From: the human T2T-CHM13v2.0 reference genome, Homo sapiens
NCBI RefSeq assembly: GCF_009914755.1
Contig: NC_060929.1
Direction: 5' to 3' (one strand)
DNA length: 64,000 nt
Of the stretch, positions 29,601-43,439 are shown one piece after another. The notes under the pieces were generated by a model. That model searched no databases, was not told the origin of the DNA, and worked only from the letters and a program-made list of their open reading frames with translations. The position numbers and the translations under genes were made by a program. Numbering within the stretch: position 1 is the stretch's first letter; the number at the start of each line of letters is the position of its first letter.

Positions 29601-31312
29601 TGTTTTATTGTGGCAATATGCTTGCCATGACTTTACATCTTAACTTTGTATGGAAAAACTTAGTTATACATGTGTGAATCTATTTTTATAACTGTAGATA
29701 CTTGAGAATTGAAACAATTTTATAGAATCCTGGAAATGTTTGATAAAGGTCTTGATGTTGTTCTTGATATGTCAATAGCAAATTGATTCTAATGTTTCAA
29801 TTGTTTGAGGAGAGGCCTCTAGTCCAGGGCCAAGTATCCTACAACTTTGAGTTACATTGAAGACCACAGCTTAAGCCAAAACTAAACTAGGGAAAGTAAA
29901 TTATAGTGCATTATCTTGCCTTTGTGACGTTAAAGAATACTGTTGTGAATATAGTGAGTACATACTGGTTTTTATTTATTTTGGGGTACAGGGTGATTTG
30001 AACTGATTAGTACCTAAAATTAAAAAACATAAAATCCTTCTCTGCCACAGTTGAATACCACTGAACTTATGGAACATTTAAAATTGCACAGTATTTAGAA
30101 AATACTAATCGAATGAATCACCACCTCATGTGTTGTTTTGATAGGAAGTGTATCACGTCTCAATAATTTCCTTAACATTTTTTCCTGCCAGGTGCCTGTT
30201 TTCTTCTTGTTGTTAACTTTTTTCTATAGAATTCCAAATATGTGGTTGATTTCCCCACTGATATATTTGCACAGTTCTTTTTCCTTTTTTCCCTTCTTTA
30301 GAGTAGCTGGCGCTTGTAGCTAGTGTTTGTATGCAAATCTAAGGCTTCTTACAGGGAAGAGAGAATGAGCAGCTGTTTTGGAGGCTGATGTCCAGCCTAA
30401 TGCCTTTTTCTGGTAGGAAGATCTTCATGGCCCTAGCACGTAGGATTTTTACAAAGTAGGTTTTCAAATGTACCATGTCTAAGGCCAAACTTACATGAAG
30501 TATTGTTCATTCAGTCATCTCTTGAGAGATTAGGGAGGATTTTCATTTTCTATTACATATATATATATATATAATATATATACATCCTTTTTTTTACAAT
30601 GAGCATGAGCTATCTTGAAATAAAACAAATTAGAAATCATCTTTTTCTAAATCAAAAAATTATACAGATATGTACAGAGAGACATTTGTAATTAGCTCAG
30701 TAACTTGTGCAGCTGTTGAGAACATTCATATGTTTGTTTTTGGATATTTGGGTCAGTATATTTTGGCTAGTAAAAAAATGTGTGTATGTATACATATATA
30801 TGCACACCATAACTATAAATTTATATACATTTTACCATTTCTATAAATTTTATATTTTATTGATTTTATCAGTGAATTGTTAGCCATAGTCTCTTTATTG
30901 AACATAGGATTATTGCAGTTTGAGTACAAGTATACAATAGATAATTTCTAATAATGAAAAATAAGTGGTTTCTTCTACCAGAAGTCTTCCTTTGCTTGTA
31001 ATGTAGGACTACATAGCATAGTAAGCCTTATATCACTAGACATTTAAAGTCATATAACTATAGTGTATCCCATGTAAAACTGAAGTCTATAAATAGATTT
31101 GAAGAAGACGTGTTGGGGGTTGACATTTATGCAATTAGAGGCATTCCTGCTATTCAGATTAGTGGTATGCTTTTTCACATTTGTGCTTTTTCATTTTCTT
31201 ATTTAGAAATAACAAATTGTATAAAAATGAATACTGTGTATTGGCAAATCAATCAGTGGCTTTATAAATGTCAATACTGTAGTAAGTGTTGCTTTTTATA
31301 TTCTTAACGCAG

Positions 31313-31387
31313 ATGAATGTCTAAACCAGAATATGGTTAAAATGAGATGCACATACGGGAAATAGCTAGCATTCTTGAAAATGACAG
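31313..31387 (+). other. Candidate exon 2 (5'UTR-type, possibly holding the start codon near its 3' end)
   Basis: Acceptor gctttttatattcttaacgcag|, donor CAG|GTATGG; non-repeat sequence; stops in all three frames, so not an internal coding exon. Confidence 0.55.
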
Positions 31388-34300
31388 GTATGGGACATTA
31401 GTACTATAATGTTGTGACCACTAGAATAGAGTAGAGGATGGTAAGCTAGGCCTGGGGTGGACATTTCTTATCTGGGCTCCTGCTCTTTGTCTCAACTCTC
31501 TTCCTTTGATTCTTCTCTGCTTTTCTCTTGAAGGGATCAGACAGGTACCTGGACATAATCCCATAAGTGCTACTGGTATTCCAGTCCTCAGTTTCCTCAT
31601 CTGTCACCTTCTGTGATTCTATAAGCAATATATGAATAGTTGCATGTACAATGTGAAAAGCCCCTAAGAAAGTTAAACAGCCTTATTAAGTATCTTTCAT
31701 ACTTCTTACATCAGAATGCCATTTAGCTACCAGTTTGGCAGAGATATGATATTTATAGTGCCAAAGGAAGTTTAAGCTAGTGGAGGGCAAATGATCATAT
31801 ACTCTGTTTAAGCCAAACTTTCTTCTGTATTATTAATGTTAACAATTTTTTAAAAATTAAACAAAAAAGAAGAAATTATTATCTCTACAAGCCAGCCAGC
31901 TGAGGATTTATTAGCAAGTTTTGTCTAAAATACAGCTGTTCTTACTTAGAGTCTCAAAATTAAACTTGAGGAGGGTTTAAATCTAGCTTAATTTAGATGA
32001 GTGTTTTGCATTTCCAGTTTCCTCATCTATGAAATGGGAATAATACCAGCCCTTTAGATAAAACTGGGTAGTTTGCTGATGAAATGAAGTTATAGAAATT
32101 AACTTTGGAAACACTTTCAAAAGTTTAAATGATATTTAAATATAAAACCAAAAACTGTAGCTCCATTTGCAGAGAGTTATTTAGGACATAGATTTACTAT
32201 TGCTGTAAATATGTGTGTGGAAAAGCAGGGAGTGTAATCAGTTGGTACTGTGCCAGTTCCTAAGTCTCTTTGTCAATTTAGCACTTCTGCGTTTAGTAAC
32301 ATGTAAGAAAAATGTGGAGCCAATTCAAATTAGGGGAAGAAAGCCTCAAAGAGGCTGTTGTGTAGAAGGAGGGACTAATGAGTGGCCATGTTCTGGTAGG
32401 AATCCCTGGTTCTGTACTCATGGTCACAAAGACACTGTTCTTACATTCTTCCATTGTTTAGCTAGAGGATAAGACCACTTGAGAAACAGCATTGTTTAAC
32501 CACAAATCCCTCTTTCAGGAAAAATGAGTTACCACCAAAGAGATTTGTGTAAGTACATCTGTCATATATTGGTTTAAATGGTTTGTAAATGCTTGCCTTC
32601 CTCTTCCATGAGGAAAGACAGTTTCAGGGTCCCCAAGCATTAGTCTCTTCTAATCCTTCAAACCTGGTGACTAAAAGACTGTCTTCTCCTGGATTAGTGG
32701 GCATAATGAAAAAATAATGGCAGGGGAAAGGCTTTTTTTTTTTTTTTTGGCTCATTTCATCTGTATTTGGAGTCATGTTCATTTATAACAATAACACTCT
32801 TAAAAAAATTAGTTGCTTCTCCATATCAGAAATGTTTAGGGCCTAAGTACACTGACTGTCTTGGAGTCTTGAGTTTTTGTTGCCTCATTGAGAAGGATAT
32901 GGCTTTTTAATATATTTTTAAAAATTATCGCATCTGGATCTTGTCTTCTGGGGATGAGTGGTATTCCTACCACAGAAGACAGGGATCTCTCATAATTAGC
33001 AAAGCCTCTGAACATATTTGCGCAGTTGTATAAATGGAGCTTACGAGGTTTAGTCAACCATCTAAGCAGTCCCTGCAGCATTTGAGGGCTGCGTTATAGG
33101 GAGTATCTGGTGACATTTTCATCAGGTATGGAAAGATCACTTTGTATCATTTGGAGTTTGGAGTTTGATATTAATAATGAAGAGGATGATGGCCATTTAT
33201 CGATTGCTTTTCCTTGTTAGGCACTGTGCTTGGAGCCTCATGCTACTACCTCGAATTCCTGCAACAATGTTACTATTCCTGCTTTGCAGATAAGGGAACT
33301 AAGGAGCTGAGAGGTTAAGCAACCTGCTGCGGGGTTTGTAGCCTGTTTATTGATCCCTAGTTTGTGGGGCTCTAAGCCCTTGCTCTCATCACTTTCCTTT
33401 GCAGCCTCTATAGAAGGCTTGGAGCGGGGGAATCCTGCTTGTCCGCCTGTGAAAAAGACCAGAAGAGGTTATGTTCCACTCAATCCACTCAACTGATCTG
33501 AAATTTTTCCTGCCTCTACATTTGCAGATTTGTCTTTATAGTGAAACTAAATGCCTTAATTGTTTATACTTGTCACCGTCTATGTTAGATATCTGTCTGT
33601 GTTTGGGGATCTGATTTGCATAGTTTGTCATCCTAAATATTTCCAGGTGTAAAACAGGGTTTTGTTTTTGTTTTTTTAACTTTCCCCCTAGAGTTAATTG
33701 GCTATTTGGTTGGTCAATTATGACTTCTCCAAGTTCATAGTTGTTTTTTAGAGGAAAAGCTTCAGACTAGACACAATAGTCTTGACTCAGAATTCTGACC
33801 TCTCGATACCTGTGCTCTGTTCCCAGTGTGTTTAATGCATTCCAGGAGTCTGTTTGCATTTTAAATGCATTGCATTTTGAACTGAGGGTGACTTCTCATT
33901 CGGTCACTCCCAAGGATTACCCTGATTTTTTTTTTTGTTCTGTTCTACCACACTGAGCTTGTTCTTTATCGGCCTTGATTCCGTCTTCTTGGTTCTTTTC
34001 ATTTTCCAGTGGTATCCCAAGGACAGTGGGCACACTCCTCTGCTCTCACTCCCAGGGTACAGACAGTAAGGGGTGTATTATCTGCAAAGAATTTAAAAAC
34101 ACTTTAAGACTGATTTTAGTTAGTTGGTTTTTACTATCATCATGCTCTAATATCTGTTCATGTGGCTGCTCCCTGAAAAAAAATCTGTTGGTTTAAGTTC
34201 TAAACAATTGCTGCAGTCACTGTTACATTTTAATATCTATGTAAACTTCAAACTTGTACATTTTAATGACTTATCCTTTAATACATGTTGTATTCGACAT

Positions 34301-34860
34301 GAAATTTATGTCCATGACAGCTCCCAGTTATATAGTTGGGTCCCACACATGCTATGAGTATTTGTTCTGAGAGTAAATTCACAAAGGTTTGGCATAGTTC
34401 AAATTCACATCATGAACAAGTGTTTGATTTCTATAGTATTATTTAACAGTACATTTAAATGGTAGGTTTGAAATAAGCAATGGTAACACGGTGATGTTAA
34501 AGACCAAAACAAAGCTTAGGTTACTTTAAATCTGTCATTCTGTGTGACCACTTGGAGTTTTTGTGTTTAAAATGTTAAGCAGTGAAACAGAATGAGAGCT
34601 GTGAGTTATAATATTTTAGTTTCATAAGTGAACATTTTATACTTCAAATAATTTATTGAATTTGAATATCTTTTAAACTGAAATTCAATTTCTAAAAACT
34701 GAAAAATGAATGAAGAAAAGAAAACATTACATAACTAGTGCAATTTAGTGGTTGCCTTCATTATATTTTTGGAAGACATTTAATAGTTTTATTTATATTT
34801 GCTTTATTTTTTTATTGGCACAATTATATATAGTATGCAGTTCAATAAAGTAAAAATTTG

Positions 34861-35181
<321 letters not shown>

Positions 35182-35271
35182 TCACGATTACCATGCATTT
35201 TATTTTGAGATTATCACTGGAAATATCTTTGTCATCTAGATGTGGGGAATGTTAAATGACCTGCCTATTTG

Positions 35272-35592
35272 AGCATCAGATGCACTAGGTGTGCCACTGC
35301 TAGGACCACTCAGTATGTAGCTCTTGTGTCTCCCATGATGTATTATCTGCACAGTTAGTGAGAGTCTGTCTTATAGACAGCATCAGATGCACTAGGTGTG
35401 CCACTGCTAGGACCACTCAGTATGTAGCTCTTGTGTCTCCCATGATGTATTATCTGCACAGTTAGTGAGAGTCTGTCTTATAGACAGCATCAGATGCACT
35501 AGGTGTGCCACTGCTAGGACCACTCAGTATGTAGCTCTTGTGTCTCCCATGATGTATTATCTGCACAGTTAGTGAGAGTCTGTCTTATAGAC
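35272..35592. repeat. Perfect tandem repeat, 3 x 107 bp
   Basis: Units start at 35272, 35379 and 35486 (agcatcagatgcactagg...gtcttatagac); no differences seen by eye. Confidence 0.97.
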
Positions 35593-36499
35593 AAGCATTT
35601 AAACTAGCAGACCCTGAGTTAATTTCTGTGGAATTCTTCCTCACCTATGTTCACCTATATTTCAGATTTTACCATTTCTCTGGGTTATTGTGATGATTTC
35701 CTGGCTATAGTCTGTGTTTCCATGCTCTCGTCTACCTGTTTGCATCCACCTCTGCTCCCCCAGCACCATCCATACTCCACTCTGCTGTCAGCACGAAGTT
35801 TCTAAAATGCAAACCTGAGCATGTCCGTTTTCCACTTTCAGTCCCTCACTAGCCCTGATAATCTTCAGTCCTCATGACCCTTCAGGCTCTGGCTCCTGTA
35901 TTCCTCTCTGGCCCTGCCTCCTGCCAAATAGATCTCCCAGGAGCTCCTTGAACATACACTGCTGCCTGATTTTCTGCCTTTGCATTTACTTTCCTTTTGC
36001 TTATCATTTATTTTTCTCTTGCCTGTCTCCTCCCTGCACAAACCTGGCTAGCTTCTGTTGCTAGTCATTAGAACCACCTGGAGAGGTCTTTGAATTACAA
36101 ATCCCTGGGCACTGAGACCAGTTGAATTAGAATCTCTGGCAGGTGGGAGCTGGGAATCTGTATTAAACTCCACTGATACAGTTTATTTTTTGCTTAGGAA
36201 GATTTTCTATGGAAATCATGGTTAATTATTGCTATTGCTTTCCTTCTATCCATTAGTTTGCTTCTCTGTACAAGAAAGAGATTTTAGTAGTTTTGCGGAG
36301 TTTCTTCTGTGTAAGAAAATAAAATTTGTATATCTTTTTATAGTTTTTAGAGGGCTCCTATTAACATTTCATTCAATCCTCAACAATTCTGGGAGGTAGG
36401 AAGGTAGGTCAGATTTGATCGTTTTAAATATCTGGAAATTGGAGTTCAGAGAATTTAAGCAACTTGGTTAGGGTCATTTAAAAAAATCAAATTATTAAG

Positions 36500-36640
36500 T
36501 TGTTTGTTTGTTTGTTTGTTTGTTTTTAGAGATATGGTCTTACTATTTGCCTAGGCTGGTCTCATACTCCTGAGCTTAAGCAATCCTTCCACCTCTGTCT
36601 TTCTAGTAGCTGGGACTGCAGACGTGTACTGTATCTGGCT
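36500..36640 (-). mobile_element. FLAM/Alu monomer with (TTTG)n tail
   Basis: (tttg)n then agagatatggtcttactatttgcctaggctggtctc. Confidence 0.85.
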
Positions 36641-38377
36641 TCTCAGGGTCATATTTTTAAAAAGTATTTACATAATTAGGTTGTTAGGGTTTCCAATCAC
36701 TGGCATTTTTCAAAATTCAGAAATGATGAAATTTCTTCTCAGATTGTTTCCTAAAAAATAGCCAAAATGAGTATGTAAGTTCTGAGAAAATACCATACTC
36801 TGATAGTTTAGAGTAATAAGAAATTACTCACTATGAATTTCCATCTCCCTTGACTAATTTTAATTTTGAATAAAACTTAAATGGGATTATATCTTGATAT
36901 GTCTGACCCTTCCTCAGAAAACATGATACTGAACTAGAGAAAATGAAGTATTGTAAGCTAGTTGGGATGTGTTATTATTACTAACAAAATTAATGCAGAG
37001 GTTAAGAAAGAACCATTTTGAACAAAAGTTTTAAATTCTTGTAATAGCTTTAACTCTTTTATTCTCCATTTCCCCTAGAGGTCTTGTGCATTTCTATTTT
37101 CCCACTTTTTTTTTTCTGAGAGCCTGGAGAGTTTCAGCAGTGTCTTTAAATTCTTGTGATTTTGATTAATTTCCCCTCCTTTCCTTTCCCCCCTCCTCCC
37201 CTTCCTCTTGGTTTGGATGTCCATATCTGTGGTCAGTGGGTAACTACATAAATGCCCACTTGAAATCTACATCTTTGATATGATTCTGGTACCATACTTA
37301 AGCACTGGGTGAGGGGAATCTGTTAATGACATGATTTGGCACAAAGGCTGACATCTTAGGCCCAGTGTCTGAAACTGCACCCCACTTCCCTGCTGCACCA
37401 GAAATGGCTCCCCCTCCTGCCTTCCCTGCCCTGGATGTTGGCACTCTCTTCTAAGCCAGATACCCAAAAGTCTGTTTTTACATCTCCCTCTTCTTTATTC
37501 CCTGGGATGATTTTACCTGTTGCACAGGCTTTAATTCTGACACATCCTCTTCATGCTGTATTGCTGCAACGCAGACCCTGATTATATAGTGTCTGGATTG
37601 GTGCTATTCTCCTTGACTTCAATCTGGCCTCCTGAAAATCTGTCTTCACTGGTGCCAGCATGATCCATCTGAAAAGAGATTTGGCTGTTCCCTCCTTGAG
37701 TAGGATCCTCAGTACCTCCCTATTCCTACACAAAAAAAGTTCAAGGTTCTCCAGCCACCAATCAAGATTTTCTAGGATTTGACCTGCTTTTTTGCAGCGT
37801 GTTCCTTGGTGTTCCCGCTCTCCATCTTTCTGTGCTCCCTGTCTCCAAGCTCATGCTCCTGTCTGAGAGCTCACTGTACACATCATGTGGGTCCTTGGCT
37901 TTCTGCCTTTGCTCTGTTGTCTCCTCTGCCCCAAACACTCTTCATCTTGCTTCTGGCCCTTCGGATCAATATAACCACTCTCTTTCCCCTGGCTGACATC
38001 TGTTCTTTAAGATCTCCTTAAAAGTATTTGCTCTTTAGGAATCTTTCTTTTCTACTCTCCTGGGTTAACTAGAATATAATTTAGGTTCCTTTAAAGAGAT
38101 TTAAACAGAGGCTTAAATAAGATAGGAATGTGTCTCTTAAGTAAAAGTCTAAGCAGTACACCTACTCATCTGGAGAGTAGAGTGGCTCATCTATGAGGCT
38201 ATCTAGAGACCATGTTCCTTCTATTTTCTTGCCCCTCATCACTAGGACATTATGCTTATTGGTGTGGTGGCAGCTGGCTCACCACCACTTGTCTGCGTCT
38301 TGCCAGTAAGAACAGAGAAGGACATTGTGGTGGGCATACCCCTTCCTTTGAAGAGCCCAACTCAGACATTGTATATA

Positions 38378-38735
38378 CAGGTTGAGCATGACTAATCTAA
38401 ATATCCAAAATCTGAAATGCTCTACAATCTGAAACTTTTTGAGGGCTAACATAATGCCACAAGAGGAAAATTCCACACCTGACCTCAAGTGATGAGTTGT
38501 AGTCAAAATGCAGTCAAAATTTAATTTTATGTATAAAATTATTAAAAATATTGTGTACAATTACCTTTAGGCTATGCATATAAGACATATGTGAAATGTA
38601 AATTTTATATTTAGACTTAGGTCCTATCCCCAAGATATCTCATTATGTATTTGAAAATATTCCAAAAATCTGAAAAAATTCAAAATCTGAACCACTTCTT
38701 GTCCCAAGCATTTTGGATAAGGAATACTCAATCTG
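38378..38735. mobile_element. Tigger4/MER46-type MITE
   Basis: TIRs caggttgagcat... / ...atactcaatctg; aaatctgaaatgctc motif. Confidence 0.85.
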
Positions 38736-38810
38736 TGTTAGTCTCATTAGCCAAAACATCACATACTCACACCTAACTTCAGGGAATGCTGAGTGATGTA
38801 GTCTTTAGCT

Positions 38811-39019
38811 TAGCGCTGTCCAATATTAATACAATGTAAGCCACATAATTTAAAATTTTCAAGTAGTCATATTAAAAAGTCAAAAGTGGTAGGTGAAAGT
38901 AATCCAGTATTTTTAACCTACTATATCTAAAATATTGTTATTTCAATATGTAGGACTAGCCACATTTCAAGAGCTCAGTAGCCACATGTGGCAAGTGGCT
39001 ACCATATTGGACAGAACAG
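38811..39019. mobile_element. MER3 hAT-Charlie MITE, full length
   Basis: agcgctgtccaata ... tattggacagaacag; perfect 8-bp TSD ctttagct. Confidence 0.88.
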
Positions 39020-41591
39020 CTTTAGCTGGTTAGCCAGGCACCCTGCTAAAGTTGAGGGAGCCTGCCATAAAATGAAGGGGAGAATTGATATTGAGGGTCA
39101 ACCAGTAGTCTCTGTCATATCTTCTCTTAATTACTCTCTACTCCTACCTGTCCCAATTTGATCCTACTACTTGATGTTGCCCAGGACATGTGCATGTAAT
39201 GATCTGTTTTAGTCTGGATCAAACATCTGAAAGGCAAAGATTGCATCATCTTTTCTTGAGATCTTTGCCTGTTAATCAGTACATTGATACATTTTAGTTG
39301 AGTGAATGATTGAATTAATTGAGTGAAGCTTTTATAAAATTGCTCAGCTATTTTTGTTATTCTTAGGCAAATGTTTTGACTCTTATCCATCAAAAGTTGT
39401 AATATTTTAAGAATAAAAGCAAGTATATAAAAAAGTTCTAATATTATTCTTGGGGGGATGGATTTACTTTGATTCTATTTAGTATACTTGCCATTAACTT
39501 ACATTCAGAGATGCTTTTGGTTGACATTCACATTGGAATATAATGGCAGGTCTCTGTTTCCACAAATCATGTTTCAGAAAACAATATGTCCAGTGTCTGG
39601 GAAATCCATATTTTCCATGAAATATTGAATGTTGCTTCTGTGGAGGGTGTTTCTGTACTATAAAAGATCAAGATCGAGTTGTTTATGTGGAACCCTTATA
39701 CTGTCAGTTCCTGTTCTGTCCTTTGGGAAATATGCCATTTCTAGGAAATATTATTATAAATCTATTAATGTCAGAAGACAGAGGCAGAGGATAATATTTT
39801 ACATGTGAAACAGTATTACCAGAAGTCAACAAGTCAGCAAAACTTATCAATGATTTCTGGAATTAAATGAATCATGAATGCAGATTCTCATTAAATGAAA
39901 TGGAGGGCTGAATGTTCCCTAAACAAGGTAAATTCTAGAAGTTACAGGCTGTTTCTGTCTCTCACATGCCTGGCCTTGCATCATTGCAGTCAGGTGGCTA
40001 CAGGAATACCTTTCCTGGGCTGGCCCCTGAGATATCACAGCCCTTCTCTCAAGAATGAAGAGCAGTGAGGTGAGGGCTAAGAGGAAGGATAAATGAATAG
40101 GACTGCACCTCTTCCTCCTCCTCTTCATTAACAGCTTCCCACACCACTCATCCTGTCTCTCATTCTCCCTGCAAACAGAAACTTCACTTCTCCTTTCCAT
40201 GAATGGTTCTCGGGATGAATTTCCTAGGTTGGCCAACCTCTGGGGAGTAATCTCACTTCAATCAGGCAGTGCCATCTTTCAGGAAAATAAGATTTATAGC
40301 AGTCACTGCCATCACCATGATAATGGTGTTATAATGTGTGCATGTGCCAGGTTCTTGCTAAGGTCTTTATGTGTGTTACTCATTTATCCTTACAACTGTC
40401 TTATGAAATAGGCATTATTATGTATGATCCCCATTGTATAGATAAAGACAGATTAAGTAGCTTGCCTAGAGTCATAAGCTGAGTTGCTAAACAGATTGAC
40501 CTGCACATCTGAATCTAAATCTTGGCTTTTTGAACATTAGATGGTCCTGCCTCCTAAATGTCACTCATGTGGCTTTTGATATATTTATTTGTGGTGGAGG
40601 GTGAGTAGGAAAGAGGTGGGGAGTGGAAGGGGGACAGGAGCCCTGGAAGGAGCACCTGATCCAGAATTGAAAGAGTCTAGGAGGGTTTGGATGAGGCTTT
40701 TTGGGAAAAAGCATGCCTTGTTGGTAGAGCAAGGAGGAGCCAGAAATATCAGACTCATTTGTATTCTGAGTATTGGAAAAACTTTCATTGTGGCCCTTTT
40801 TAAGATGAAGAAGCTGTAGCCATAAGGTGGTTTGACTGTCTTGTTCTATCAATCACGAAATTGGAGCTCAGAGACATGAGATTACTTGCCCAGGGGCATG
40901 CTCCTAGTGAGTAAAGTGAGTTCTGTGTACTTGAACCTACTCTTTGGTTCCATATTAATTTTATTTAGTTATACTGTTTTACCCTTATTTGTTATTTCTG
41001 TTGTATGTTGCCACTTGTTACCAGTGGGAAAAGAGTCTAAAAAATATCAGAAGGGAGTGTGTGCTTGCTTCAGGAGGAATAGCAGGGTAATGGAGAAACT
41101 GGGACAGAAATCTGTTCCTCCATTGCCCAAGTAGCCAGAGAAAAGACGGGCTGGCACAGTGAGTGGTGGCAAAGAAAGGAGGCTGGTGGGCGAGCCCTTC
41201 GTCCCTCTGCAATAAAGTGGGGACAGACCATTAAGGGGAGACCCTCAGAGTCCCTCTTCCCACACTGTGGCAACCTGTGCCCAAGTCCTTTTTCTCACCT
41301 GATTGGGTGTCCTGGTTTCCATAGCTCTGTGTATGTGGGGAGAGGGAGAAGTGTAATCCCACTGCCAGGGTTGTGTCAGGAGAAAGTATGTTCTTGGAAT
41401 TCTTAAACAGGAACCCTGATTCTCCTGGGAAACACGGCTAAACATGCTGCTTAGGACAGTACTCATGGGACAGGATATGAGTTAAAGTGGCTCATGTAAG
41501 CTGGTCTACTGTAGTGTGTATGCTTGTTTTAGAGCTGCAAGTAATCCACTTATAGGCATTGGAATCTGGCCCGTTCATCACCTGAGAGATG

Positions 41592-41903
41592 TTTTCTTTC
41601 TTTCTTTTTTTTTTTTTTTTTTTTTAGACGGAGTCTCATTCTGTCACCCAGGCTGGAGTGCAATGGCATGGTCTCAGCTCACTGCAACTTCCGCCTCTTG
41701 GGTTCAAGTGATTCTCCCTCTTCAGCCTCCTGAGTAGCTGGGACTACAGGCGCATGCCACCACACCCAGCTAATTTTTGTATTTTTAGTAAAGATGAGGT
41801 TTCACTGTGTTGGCCAGGCTGGTCTTGAACACCTGATCTCGTGATCTGCCAGCCTCGGCCTCACAAAGTGCTGGGATTACAGGTGTGAGCCACCGCGCCC
41901 AGC
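41592..41903 (-). mobile_element. AluS
   Basis: Poly-T, both arms; TSD gagagatgttttct. Confidence 0.95.
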
Positions 41904-41967
41904 TGAGAGATGTTTTCTAATGATGGAAATTACCTGTATACATAGGCTTCTTCTTCCTTCTTCTTAA

Positions 41968-42235
<268 letters not shown>

Positions 42236-43287
42236 TATAAATACCTTCTGATGTATCCAAAGAAAAAGCTTTTGTAAACGTGTCCCAACAACTAGTGCTT
42301 GGAGGAATTAATAGTAGAAACTCTGAGAGACCAAAGTACTTTCAAAAGACAAATGCTACAATTAGTTCTTAGACATTTAGGAAAATTAGAATGGGGGCTT
42401 GAACTGGGTAAGATTTCGTGAGAACTCAGCTCTGACCTGTTTACATATGTGGGGTTTTAACAGTCACTGGGTTTGGTTGAGCCTAAGAAGAAGGGAATGG
42501 AAAATGCTCTTGGAGGTGTGGTCCAGGTCATGAGCTCTGGAGTGAGATAGACTTGGGCTTACTTCCCAGCTCCACTGTGTTTTAGCTGGTGACATTGGAC
42601 CCCAGTCTGTTTTCTCATTCATAAAGTGGGAATAGTAACATTATTTATGGATTGTTGTGCAGAATACTTACACTATGTTGAAGCAACTCCAGATTTTCCA
42701 GATAGCAATAATGGAGGGAAAATCATTGCATTAGAAGATCTTGTTTTGAAACCAAACATGTTGTTTTACTTAGATTGATTATTTAGGGAAAGCTGGTAGA
42801 GATTGTGGGGAATGTTAATATGTCTCCCAAGCTATTCTTGTTGCTTTTACTTTGTGAAGTGCTAACATATAGGGCCTGGTGTGTAGAAAACCTGCAGTCA
42901 ATGACAGCTTGTTGTTATTTCTTGTGAACACAATTGAGATCATCTAGTGTATACACTGAAAATCTTTTATTTTTCACTTTTTACATTACTAATTTTTTTA
43001 TGTTATTAAATGCCCTTTAAAAATGATCATATTCAGTGACTATATATACAATTATCTGTTTCTGTATTATTCTCATTGTGGGACTTTTAGGCTATTTCCA
43101 ACATTTTTCTTATAACTCGTGAAGTATATCTTTGTCTGAACTTATGGCTCAATTCTTGCAAGGGGAGAGGCAATTCTGTTTTAACTATGGTTGTCAATGG
43201 CAAGTCTGAGTCAGAATCTGATGCCACAACCATCCTAGGCCCAGCTACCATGCTCTGTTGTTTGTCATTGACCTGTTTGTTTCTCAG

Positions 43288-43343
43288 GCTTCGGAGACCT
43301 GTGAAGTTACCTCATTTTGGTTCCGTTGGGCCTCAAGTGCAGA
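43288..43343 (+). other. Possible 56-nt cassette/cryptic exon
   Basis: ttgac branch-like site, tgtttgtttctcag| acceptor and AGA|GTAAGT donor; motif evidence only. Confidence 0.3.
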
Positions 43344-43439
43344 GTAAGTGCTTGTTAAAGGTTTGTGGAGATAAATTGAGGATAAAAGTTTTGGGGTTGC
43401 AAAGAGGTTTGAGAACTGCCAGTCCATGTTCTCCTTCTC

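Larger units (their letters stand above)
38080..39120. mobile_element. Old MLT1-like LTR, split by Tigger4 and MER3 insertions
   Basis: aaacagaggcttaaataagatagg ... cacctaacttcagggaatgctgag...gtagtctttagct...ggtcaaccagtagtctctg. Confidence 0.55.

Noticed and set aside
35272-35592. CRISPR-like array, or a tandem snoRNA/ribozyme cluster
   Set aside because: No spacers and a eukaryotic context; no complete C/D box pair, and no hammerhead core (CUGANGA with GAAA) seen in the unit on either strand
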